64,000 nucleotides of DNA from positions 2,880,001 to 2,944,000 of the forward strand of contig CAWGMQ010000004.1 in the NCBI GenBank assembly GCA_963823665.1, written 5' to 3'. Each line of letters begins with the position of its first letter. The stretch's first letter is position 1. Positions 54,358-64,000 of this stretch are shown one piece after another. The translations under genes and the position numbers were made by a program. The notes beneath the pieces were generated by a model, which was given only the letters and a program-made list of their open reading frames with translations, ran no database searches and was not told the origin of the DNA. The DNA is from an uncultured Planctomycetota bacterium. Lineage in GTDB: Bacteria > Planctomycetota > Planctomycetia > Isosphaerales > Isosphaeraceae.

Positions 54358-54560
54358 GGCTTCACCACCCCCGATGAATAAGTTTAGTTTGGTTGACGCA
54401 CAAGCCGGGCGCGCACCCACCCGGGTATGAGACAGGTAGCAGCATACGCAGTGATCCGGTCACTTTCGAACGCCACTACATTCACACTAACATGCCCGAC
54501 ATCGCTTGGCGATAGGCCAGTTCTAAAAATTGCGGATTGAGCGCAAACGAGCCGCTCGAC

Positions 54561-55685
54561 TCAATACTGATCGGAGCTGAGCACCTCGCCGGCATTGATC
54601 GACCCGAGCTGAATCCACGTGAGGGGGTTGATACTGTTCTTCATGAAATGGACTGAACCATCTCCGAAGAGCGTGTTCACACCCTGGGGGTGCCGGCTGC
54701 GCGAACCAGCGAACTCTGACCCCTCGTGACCGTTGTTATTGCAGCCGAGCTGCTGGCCAGGTTGGCTGTCGCAGAGCGACGTGATCGGGCTCGCAGGACT
54801 GGTGCCCGCAAAAGGCGCCCCGCAGCTAATGCACGCGAGGTTGTCGTAGTTAGTGAAGGGCAGCACGCCGATCGATGTCGACCAGGGTGGAAGTATGCCG
54901 ACGTAGTCCTGGTAGCCGTTAGGGGTAAACCGCGTCTCGTAGGTGCTCGCCCCGGAGTTGTCGACCCACATCACGCCGCGGATGTCGTCCGGTGCGCCCT
55001 GCAACACCTCGGAGATGAATTGCGTATTGCTGAGGCCGTCCGTAACCGTAGCAACCCTGCAGTTGAACGGGCCGTTGCCACTGCGAGCGTAACCGAATGG
55101 CGACTGGAGGAAAAGCTGGGGAAAGTTAATAAAATTCCCACCAAAGACGCCCTGGCCGTCATCTGCGTTTCCCCAGTTCGCAGCGTAGTTCCCCTTGGAA
55201 GCTTGAACTGGTAGCTGGAAGATGGTTTGCAAGCTGTAGGTCTGCTGGTTATCGCTCGGGCATTGCATCGATGCGATCTTCGTCGCGTAGATCGTGGAAT
55301 TGATGATGAACCCGCTGGGTAACGGCCCGAGGTTCGGCCCCTCCATGCCGATCGTCGCGTTGAACGCGTTGTAGAGTGTCGATTGCTCAATGTAGGGCAA
55401 CATCAACGGGAACCAAGGAGTGTTCTGGCAACCGTTACCGAAGCCTTGGCTTGTGCAGGGCGGGGTCTGCGTGTTGAAAATGACGCCGCTCGGAAAAACG
55501 TTGTTGGTGGATTCGTAGTTGGCGACGGCCAAACCAAGTTGCTTGAGATTGTTCATGCACTGCGCACGCCGCGCGGCTTCCCGCGCAGCTTGCACCGCAG
55601 GCAACAACAACGCGATCAAAACCGCGATGATGGCAATCACGACGAGAAGCTCAATCAGCGTAAAACCACGACGCCGTTGTGACAT
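54561..55685 (-). CDS. DUF1559 prepilin-type protein, copy B
   Basis: Same motifs; close paralog of copy A. Confidence 0.93.
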   Translation of the reverse strand: MSQRRRGFTLIELLVVIAIIAVLIALLLPAVQAAREAARRAQCMNNLKQLGLAVANYESTNNVFPSGVIFNTQTPPCTSQGFGNGCQNTPWFPLMLPYIEQSTLYNAFNATIGMEGPNLGPLPSGFIINSTIYATKIASMQCPSDNQQTYSLQTIFQLPVQASKGNYAANWGNADDGQGVFGGNFINFPQLFLQSPFGYARSGNGPFNCRVATVTDGLSNTQFISEVLQGAPDDIRGVMWVDNSGASTYETRFTPNGYQDYVGILPPWSTSIGVLPFTNYDNLACISCGAPFAGTSPASPITSLCDSQPGQQLGCNNNGHEGSEFAGSRSRHPQGVNTLFGDGSVHFMKNSINPLTWIQLGSINAGEVLSSDQY

Positions 55686-55888
55686 GGCTTCACCACCCCC
55701 GATGAGAAAGTGTAGTTAGGTTAACACACGGACCGGGCGCCCACGCACCCGGGTATGAGGCAGGTCGCAGCGAACGAGGTGATCCCGTTACCTTGAGCGC
55801 CACTGCGGGCACACTATCGTGCCCGCGAGCGCTTGGCGATAGGCTACTTCTAAAAACATGCGTTTTGAGCGCAATCTAAACCGAAGTT

Positions 55889-58830
55889 TCACGAAAGGCA
55901 GTCGGCCAGGACCTGCATCGGTGCTCTGGCCACTAGCCCGGCGAGGCCGTGAAGTTGCGAACGGCACGAGAATCCTGGCGCAACGAGGGTCGCCGTCGGG
56001 TCGGCTTGCGCTGCAGGAATCAACACCCGGTTCGCCAGCGCAACGCTCACCTCGAAATGCCCGTGCTCGTAGCCGAATGAGCCGGCCATCCCGCAGCAGC
56101 CCGAGTCGATTTCATTGATCTCGATGCCGCTCAACCGACGCAACGCAGCCAGCGTTCCCGCCGTGCCGAGCACGGCCTTCTGCTGACAATGTCCGTGCAA
56201 GAGCACGCGGCCGGGGCGGGAATTGAGCGGCAGCTCGGGAACCCGCTCGGTGTCGCCGACGAAGGCGTCAGCCATGATAGAGGCTCTGGCAACCTCTTCG
56301 GCATCGGTCCCCAGCCGGAAATCGCGGTACTCGTCGACGAGGGTCACCAGGCAACTTGGCTCGCAGCCCAGGATTGGCGTGCCGCTGCGCGCGAAGGGGA
56401 GCAGTTTTTCGACGTTCGCGCGAGCGAGCTCATGGGCCAGCGGCAAGAGACCCTTGGAGATCGCCGGGCGCCCGCAGCACTGGAGTCCGGCCAGGCGGAT
56501 CCGATAGCCGGCGGCCTCGAGGACACGAACGGTGGCGATTCCGACTTCGGGCTCGTTGTACGTGGTGAAACAGTCGTCAAGCAAAACGACTTCGCCTCGC
56601 GTTCCGGCGCCCTCCGCGGGGACGTGCCGGCGAAACCAGCGGCGGAAGTTGTCGCGCGCGAACGTGGGAAGACTTCGCCGGCGATCGATGCCGGCGGTTT
56701 TCTCGAGCAGCCATTTGAACGCCGGATTGCGCAGCATGCGGTTGGCCAGAGGCGCAGTCGCGGACGCGATGGGGTTCAGACGAAAAATGTGGCCCAGCAG
56801 CAGATGACCGAGCGGATGGAGCCGGCCGATGTAACGCTGATGGAGCACCTCGACCTTGAGCTTGGCCATATCGACCTTTGACGGGCATTCGCTCTTGCAG
56901 GCTTTGCACTGGAGGCAAAGGTCGAGCGCTTCGTGAAGGTCGTCGTTGTCGAATCCCTCGTCGCGAGAAGGCAGCTCGCCGGTCATCACGAGCCGAATCA
57001 GGTTAGCTCGCCCGCGTGTGGTGTGCATCTCGTCGTGCGTGACCATGTAGCTCGGGCACATCGTGCCGCCGGAATTCTTGCGGCAGGCGCCGACGCCCGA
57101 GCACATCTCGACCGCGCCGGCAAACCCGCCCTGCGCTCCGAAGTCAAGCAATGTCTCCCGAGGCTCGCGCGGGTGGTAATCCGGCCCGATGCGGAGGCTC
57201 TCGCCCGGATCGGCATCGCCCACGACTTTGCCGGGATTGAGCAAGTCTTGCGGGTCAAATCCGCGCTTGATGGCCTGGAATGCCGCATAAACCTCGGGCC
57301 CGAAAAGCTTGCGATTCCAGAGGCTCCGGGCCAGCCCGTCGCCGTGCTCGCCGCTCATGGCGCCGCCATACTCGACCACCAGGTCGGACACTTCGCGCGC
57401 GATTGCCCGCAGAGTTTCGACGCCACCTGCGGTCTTCACGTTGATGATGGGGCGGATGTGCAAACAGCCGACATCGGCGTGACCGTAGCACGCAGCCGGC
57501 ACGCCGTGTTTTTCGACGATCGCGCGGAACCGCGCATAGAACTGCGGGAGCACACGCGGATCGACGGCCGTGTCTTCGACGAAGGCGACTGGCTTGGCGT
57601 CACCGACCATGCCCATCAAGAGCGAGAATCCGGCCTTGCGCACCTTCCAGAAATCATCCTTGGCGGCGTCGGCCAGTCGGGTGCTCACTCGCGAGCACGC
57701 CCGGTTGCTTCTCGAACTTCGCCACCAGTAGGGCGGTGCGCTCGAGCAGCTCTTCCTGTGAGGCGGCGTAGAACTGCGCGGCGAGCACGGCGGCGGGCCG
57801 GCCCTCGGCGAAGTTCAAATACCCGGCGTATAGCGGGTTTTCCGCCGCCAGGTCGAGAATCATCCGGTCGAGCATCTCGACGGCGACCGGCCCGGTCTCG
57901 ACGATTTCGGCCAGGCGGTCGAGCGCTGCGGGTATGGTTGCGAAGGAGAGCACGACCAGACCCTGGGCCGCCGGAAGCTTCACCAGCTTGAGCACGGCCG
58001 CATTGGCCACCGCCAGCGTTCCCTCCGAGCCGACGATCAACCTGGAGAGGTTGAATTGCCATGGCTCGTCGTCGAAGCCCATCGGCCGGACCGGCAAGCC
58101 CGGAACGAACTCGTCGAGGTTGTAGCCGCTGACCCGGCGGAGAATTCTGGGGAATCGATCGCGGATCGCCTGCGAGTGCTGCGGCCACGGTGTCGCGTAC
58201 CAGGCGATGCATCGCACCGATCGAATCGCCGCGGGAGCAGACGCTCTCGAGGTCTTCCGGGTTCAGAGGGCCCAGGTTGGCAGTCGAGCCGTCGGCCAGA
58301 ACGACCTCGAGTGCGTGCACATGATCGACCGTCTTCCCATAGCGCAGCGAGCGCGCGCCGGCAGAATTGTTGCCGATCATCCCGCCGATCGTCGCCCGGT
58401 CGCTCGTCGAGACATCCGGGGCGAACATCAGCCCGAGCGGCTTCAAATGCGCATTGAGCTGGTCGAGGACGACGCCAGGCTCGACCCGCACCGTCATGGC
58501 GTCGCGGTCAACAATTCCAATCCGGTTCAAGTACTTGGAGAAGTCAATAATGATACCCGGGCCGATGGTTTGCCCCGAAAGGCTGGTGGCGGCGCCTCGC
58601 GGAACGATCGACACGCGCTCGTCCGAGGCGATCGAGACGGTGGTGACAACGTCCTCTGCCGTTCTGGGCACGACCACGCCGAGCGGCTCGATCTCATAGA
58701 GACTGGCGTCGGTCGCATACAAGCCGCGCATCCCGGCGTCGAAGTAGACCTCGGCGCGTGATTCGCGGGTGAGACGATCGGCCAGTGTGCGGAGAACAGC
58801 GGAAGGAGCGTTGTTTGTCGTTAGGGGCAT
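55889..58830 (-). CDS. FAD-binding / Fe-S oxidoreductase (GlcD-GlcF fusion, YdiJ-like; indels near 58170 and 57690)
   Basis: PRGAATSLSGQ, GGMIGNN, GSEGTL, SGEHGDG, CSGVGAC, CLQCKACKSECP, two CCG domains. Confidence 0.9.
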
Positions 58831-58902
58831 GAAGGTCGATGCTGGTTGGAATGAGTTAATGAGTCATGGAGTGTTCGGCGAGACCGAGCTGCCCCGTCGC
58901 GC

Positions 58903-59502
58903 TCATTCAGGATCGTCCTCGAAGAGGGCGGCCAGTGGAAGCCGAAAGCCCGGAATCAGATCGCCGCCGTCGAGCTCGTCACCGAGCTGAAGCCCGCGGA
59001 TGTCAGTCGTCGATGCGTAAACATGGATGCCGTTTTGTTTGGGATAAATGATCCAGACCCGGATCACACCGGCCTCGAGATACTCGTGTAATTTCCTCTG
59101 CACTTCGGAAGCCGAGATTGTCGGACTGACCACTTCGACCGCCAGATCCGGAACCAGATCCCACACGTTAACATTCGGAGGCCGCCGGTTGGCCGGCCAC
59201 TTCGCGTGAGAAACAAAAGCGACGTCCGGCAGTCGCTGAAGATCTTTGGGTTGATCGATACGGAATAACGTATACCCGAGGACTATGCCCAAGCGATGCG
59301 AGCGCACAAACGGGCCGAGAAATCCGATCAGCAGCGACGCAGTCGCGCTTTCTTGAACGCGAACGGGCTTCTCCTTGATTTCGCCATCGACGACCTCGTA
59401 GAGCGTGTCCTCGGGAAGCAGTGCGATCGGCGGGGGGATCGGCGCGGTCCTCGGATCGGCGCCCGCTGCTTCGCCTGGCTGGGTCGGTGTTCCGATGCTC
59501 AT
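58903..59502 (-). CDS. Uma2-family (DUF820) endonuclease-fold protein
   Basis: YEVVDG, PDVAFV, PDLAVEVVSP, K..EY..AGV..VWII.P, IPGF. Confidence 0.88.
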   Translation of the reverse strand: MSIGTPTQPGEAAGADPRTAPIPPPIALLPEDTLYEVVDGEIKEKPVRVQESATASLLIGFLGPFVRSHRLGIVLGYTLFRIDQPKDLQRLPDVAFVSHAKWPANRRPPNVNVWDLVPDLAVEVVSPTISASEVQRKLHEYLEAGVIRVWIIYPKQNGIHVYASTTDIRGLQLGDELDGGDLIPGFRLPLAALFEDDPE

Positions 59503-59733
59503 CTCTACTTTCCTCGCACTCAATCTGGCAGTGTCGCTTATGCGACTGATTGTACCAAAAGGGCACGGTCGCCGAACCTGCGGGTTTGCTGGGCAGCTTC
59601 GAGCGGACGTCAAAATCCGCGCGCGGCATCAATATTCGGTCTGGACCAACGAATAAACGATATGGTGGCCGCCCGGCCCGGGTGTAATTGACATCGAGTT
59701 GTAACCGTCGCAGCGAGCTGAGGAGCGGATCGC

Positions 59734-60105
59734 ATGGCTTTGCATTATCAAACCGAATGCCGGATGGGAACGCGTCGCATCAGTCGCTCCTATAGCGGAT
59801 ATCAGGCATTTGTCGCAATACTCTTCGACCTGGTCTTCGGCCTCTTCTTCGAGTTCGTCGCAACGTTCGTGAGCTTGACATTCCGGCTACTCATCTTCTC
59901 GGCCCGTCTGGTGATTCAGGTCTTGAAGAGTTCGTGGAGAGTGGCTGTGGCTGCGATGGCGGTCCTGGTCTTCACCCTGACGCTCCCGTTCGTACTCGTC
60001 CATCGCGCGATAGCCCGGCTCGCACCCGCAAGCCGCTTCTGGCCGCGCGAGGGGTTTGCTCAATCAGCCCAGAAGCCCGACTGGGCCTTCAGCCGCGAGG
60101 TTTGA
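59734..60105 (+). CDS. Hypothetical membrane protein
   Basis: 123-aa ORF filling the gap, with two hydrophobic stretches. Confidence 0.55.
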   Translation: MALHYQTECRMGTRRISRSYSGYQAFVAILFDLVFGLFFEFVATFVSLTFRLLIFSARLVIQVLKSSWRVAVAAMAVLVFTLTLPFVLVHRAIARLAPASRFWPREGFAQSAQKPDWAFSREV

Positions 60106-60163
60106 ACCCAGGTCGTTTTCACGCTGTTCTCTTTCTCGGACGAGACAGTCTCTTTCCGATGTT

Positions 60164-61165
60164 CTAGCGCGTGAGCGGCCTGCGCGGAATCGGCCACCAA
60201 ATGGCATCGAATGCGGCGCGGGCTTCATCGTCGAAGACGAGTGTCGCGGCGTCCAACGTCGCCTCGAGCTGTTCCACCCGGCTGGCCCCGACGATCGCCG
60301 ACGTCAATCCAGGCTGGCCCAGAACCCACGCCACGCTCGCTGTCGCCAGGTTCCAGCCCCGGCGCCCGCAGTACGATTTCAGCGTCTCGACCGCCTCGAA
60401 CTGGACGGCGTGCCAGTAGCGGTCACGGTAAAGGTCGCCCGTTGCCCCAAGAGTAAAGCGACCTCCGGGCTCCGGGCCTGTACCAGCCTGGTGCTTGCCC
60501 GTGAGCAGACCGCCGGCAAGAGGGTTAAAGACGATCACACCCACTCCCTGGTCGCGGCATAGCGGCAGAAGCTCGTTTTCGATCTCGCGGTACAAAACGT
60601 TATAGCGCGGCTGCACGCAGTCGTAGCGCGCCCAGCCGTGGCGCTCGCTCGTTGCTAACGCGAGCGCAAGCTGCCAGGCCGGATAATTCGAACAGCCTAC
60701 ATAGCGAACCTTTCCCGAGCGGACGAGATCATCGAACGCGCGAAGGGTTTCGTCGATCGGGGTCTCGGGATCGGGAAGGTGTGCCTGGTAGAGATCGATC
60801 GTGTCGGTTTGAAGGCGGCGAAGGCTGGCCTCGCAAGCGGTGAGAATGTGGCGTCGCGAAAGCCCCTGGTCGTTCGGACCATGACCGACCCGAATCCGGC
60901 ACTTCGTCGCCAGAACAATCTGGTGGCGCCGCCCCGCTGCCCCGGCCAGCCAATGCCCGATCACCTCCTCCGTGCGTCCGGCGGTTTCGGGCTCAGGCGG
61001 AATCGGATACGCGTCGGCCGTGTCGATGAACGTAACCCCCCCCTCGAACGCACGATCGAGAATCCGCATCGAAGCCGGCTCGTCGCTTTGCCCGCCGAAC
61101 GTCATCGTTCCCAGACAAATCTCGGAGACCTTTAGCCCCGTGCGCCCCATCCGGCGTTGTTTCAC
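60164..61165 (-). CDS. Aldo/keto reductase
   Basis: CLGTMTFG, DTADAY, LATK, SLRRLQTDTIDLYQAH, GKVRYVGCSN, PLAGG; GTG start after GGGAGG. Confidence 0.93.
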   Translation of the reverse strand: MKQRRMGRTGLKVSEICLGTMTFGGQSDEPASMRILDRAFEGGVTFIDTADAYPIPPEPETAGRTEEVIGHWLAGAAGRRHQIVLATKCRIRVGHGPNDQGLSRRHILTACEASLRRLQTDTIDLYQAHLPDPETPIDETLRAFDDLVRSGKVRYVGCSNYPAWQLALALATSERHGWARYDCVQPRYNVLYREIENELLPLCRDQGVGVIVFNPLAGGLLTGKHQAGTGPEPGGRFTLGATGDLYRDRYWHAVQFEAVETLKSYCGRRGWNLATASVAWVLGQPGLTSAIVGASRVEQLEATLDAATLVFDDEARAAFDAIWWPIPRRPLTR

Positions 61166-61370
61166 GTTCGACCTCCCGCACAAGACGATTCATCCGCGCA
61201 ACCGATACGTCCGGCTCGACTGCAATTCCGTACGACCACCAAAGAACCTCGCAGTTTTACCAGATTATCAAAGCGCGTGTTAGACTTCAGCATCGACGAA
61301 TCCCAGTCCGCCCCGACCGCGGCGCACCGGGAATTCACACCACAGGCTTGCGAGTTGAGGTTCGTCACTG

Positions 61371-62094
61371 ATGGCCATGTCTCCGACCAAGCCCGATTCA
61401 GCGGGCAGCCCATTTACGAGCGCGTGCAGACCCCCTCAACTGGCACGCCGCGCTGCGCGCCGAGCTCGATTCGGCCGTGGTTCAAGGCAACGGCCGCTGG
61501 TCGAGAGCGCTCATGGCCGTGGCCTGGATTCACCTGTTCACATTCCTGGGATGCCAGGTCCTTCACGACCCGGGCGTTGAGCGTGACGTGAGGCACCTGG
61601 TCCTGTGGGTCGTCGAGCTCGCGGCCGTGATCGTGACGATGCGGAGAGTTGCAGGGCTCGGTTGGTTCTGGTCGTCGCCCGCGATCAATGTCATCGCCCG
61701 ATTGTGGGTTACATTCTTGATCCTCTCGTTCAACGTCGCGACCTTGAATGCGCTCACCGGCTGGGAGTCGCTCTGGTTCAAGGCAAGCTGGGGATCCTTG
61801 AGCACATTTCTTTTCGCCGCGCTGGCCTGGCTGTTCACCCCCAAGTTTCTGATCCCGGCGGCGCAGATGTACTTCACGGCGCTATTGATGGCTCGATTCC
61901 CCGAATGGAACAACCTCATCTATGGCGTGTCATGGTGGGCGGCCCTGATGGGCACCGCTTGGGTTGTGCGCCAGAGTGAGCGCGCGATAGGCATGACCCG
62001 CGGCGCACACCCAGAGGATGAAGCGCTCGCTGAGCCGTTGCCGTCTCCATCGCGAACGCTAAACCATCAGCCTGTCGGAGCCGCCGCCGAGTAG
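61371..62094 (+). CDS. Multi-pass membrane hypothetical protein (probable indel near the 5' end)
   Basis: About six hydrophobic helices in frame 61477..62094, which is open upstream; nearest ATGs at 61371/61377 are in another frame. Confidence 0.65.
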
Positions 62095-64000
62095 CTCGCG
62101 CGGCCGTTGGGAACGGACTTGCCGAAGAGGCTCTGTCCCCCGCGCGAGGCGTTGGCCAGGGATGGCGGTTCCCACGCCGGCAGCTCACACAGTCCGCCGC
62201 CCAGGAAGATGTGGTGCCAGAGCTGGGTGGCGACGACGCAAGTCAGGCTGAGGTCCATGATGATCCGCCTGGGCGTGATCCGCGGGAAATGCATCTGCGC
62301 TGCACGCTCGCGGGCCACGGCCTCCGGATCGAACCAACCGGTCGATCGCAACGATTCCTTGCTGAGAAGCTCATCGACCCAGGCTGGGCGATCCGGACCC
62401 AAAAACGCCTCGGACCGGCTGGCCTGAAACATCGTCTTGGGCCGGTTCGCAATCTTCGAAGGCAGGGTGCGGGCCGCCACTTGGCGCAGCAGCCATTTGT
62501 CCTTCAGCCCACGCAGCTTGTATTCCGGCGCGACGGACGAGCAGAAGCTAATCAAATCTTCGTCCAGGAGCGGATATCGCGTCTCGACCGACGAGTTCAT
62601 CGCGATGCGGTCGCCCTTGCCCAGAAGGAGCAGGCCCGGCAGCATGACCTTGTATCCGACGTAAAGCGACTGGTTCAGCGGGTGCCAGGCGCGAAGCGGT
62701 CGCTTGGCAGGTCCAGGTCGTCATAGGCCGCGTGGCCCTCGAGCAAGTGCCACATCCTCGGTGAATAAACGACTGCACGCGCCTGACCCATGAAATCGTA
62801 GACGTCCTGCTGGGCAGTCCGCGCTCCCTTGATGCCGAGCAAGTCTGCTCGATGCGCTCTTCCGCCGCCGATCGAGGCCAGCGTGAGGCTGCGTGCTCCT
62901 TTGAGCAGGCTCATGACCGGCCCGACACTCAGCATGTTGCGGATCTTTTCGGTCTTGAACCAGGCGTATCCGGCCAGGGCCTCATCCGCCCCCTCTCCGG
63001 TAAGGACGACCTTGTATCCATTGGAATGCACTGCGCGAGCGAGCCTCATCAGACATGCCGCCGACGAATCCATGACAGGGCCTTCGGCAGCACGGATCAG
63101 CTCGGGATACGCCGCCACGATGTCGTGACGGTTCATGGTGACGGTCACCAGCTTCGACCCGAGGGCAGCGGCCGATTCCGCTGCATGCGACCGTTCGTCA
63201 GGGCCTGCACGGTCGAGCCCGATGGTAAATGACGGCACCGCGTACCCGCGCTCCCGCGAGCTCAAGCCCAGTACAACGGTCGAGTCAAGACCGCCGCTGA
63301 TGTAGCTGACCACCGGCACATCCCCACGGAGGCGCCGCTCGACGGAAAGGCGCAAGAGCGATTCCAGCTCGTCGACCAGCGGCGTCGGGTCATCCATTCG
63401 CCGCTCGTCGCCCGCATCGGGAAAATCAAGGTCCCAGTATTTCTTCAGCGCGATCCTGCCATCGCGCACGCGCACGTAATGGCCGGGCGGAATCGACGTG
63501 ATCCCTTCGAAAAACGTTCGCGAGGTTCCTGCGGTGAACGTGTTGAAGAACAGGTCGATTCCCTTGGGATCGGCCTTGGCATCAATCATCCCGGAAGCCA
63601 GGAGCGCTTTGATCTCCGAACCCCAGAGCAGCCAGCCATCGGCTTGCGCGTAGTACAGCGGGCAGATCCCCACCCGGTCTCGGCCCAGAATCAACTGGCG
63701 CTCTTTGCGGTCCCAGATGGCGACCGCATACTGGCCGCGTGTCTTCTCGAAAACCCCCTCGCCGTGATCTTCGTAGAGGTGTGCCCAGAGCTCGGTGTCG
63801 CAACGGGTGGCAAGGCGGTGCCCTCGCTCCAGCAGCGCTTTCTGTAACTCCGGATATTCAAAGACCTCGCCATTCTGCGTGACCCAGACCGAACCATCCT
63901 CGTTGCTGATCGGCTGCCGTCCGCCCGCCAGATCGACGATGGAAAGCCGTCGCACGCCGAGTGCAACCCCCGGCTCGATGTGAATCTGTTCGTCGTCCGG
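62067..64000 (-). CDS. asnB: Asparagine synthase (glutamine-hydrolysing), 5' end outside the window; indel near 62690
   Basis: RRLSIVDL..GRQP, NGE, DTE, RDRVG..PLYY, SEIKAL, SGGLDS, TGEGADE, SVETRYPLLD. Confidence 0.9.

Noticed and set aside
54358..54546. Known riboswitch in the DUF1559 leader
   Set aside because: No recognisable c-di-GMP, cobalamin, TPP or SAM consensus by eye; kept only as a conserved leader
58903..59502. Uma2 gene as a defence system
   Set aside because: Solitary member of a highly expanded family, with no methylase or partner genes
62067..64000. AsnB-like gene as a lasso-peptide cyclase
   Set aside because: It keeps full glutaminase-domain motifs, and no B1/B2 or precursor is visible (upstream context is outside the window)

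Overview
GC-rich chromosomal segment, most likely from a planctomycete (Isosphaeraceae/Gemmataceae-like). Markers for this are the DUF1559 prepilin-like genes, a 'LEDRRLLS' planctomycete export motif, a TIGR02999-type ECF sigma factor and a 'DRNLLFGLLALQ' Ser/Thr kinase. Many otherwise intact genes are split by single-base indels, which looks like long-read error, so genes are reported with reconstructed boundaries. Contents in order: a repeat-rich left intergenic zone; ECF sigma + ~2,500-aa beta-helix/Ig-repeat surface protein + convergent TPR Ser/Thr kinase; SnoaL-like protein, Gly-rich TPR protein and sulfatase; a three-gene heme/peroxide operon (duplicated-domain unknown, DyP peroxidase, atypical catalase-fold protein) with a divergent AraC; GH5; a small lipid/polyketide cluster (KS, Cys-less KS/CLF-like, PLP alpha-oxoamine synthase, SMR/ArnE-like flippase, ACP); cytochrome c lipoprotein, beta-CASP nuclease and rhomboid; a second repeat mosaic; DUF2239, AIM24, GntR and SDR; an RR-PP2C/STAS-led chemosensory operon (cheY-cheA-mcp-cheW-cheR-cheB); tandem DUF1559 genes; FAD/Fe-S oxidoreductase, Uma2, aldo-keto reductase and partial asnB. 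I found no rRNA, tRNA, CRISPR array, transposase or integrase. The best candidates for undescribed systems are the DyP/catalase-like operon, the KS-CLF-oxoamine synthase lipid cluster, a 129-bp dispersed structured element with a compensatory base change, and the phosphatase-coupled chemosensory operon. All family assignments come from motif recognition by eye; no searches were run.
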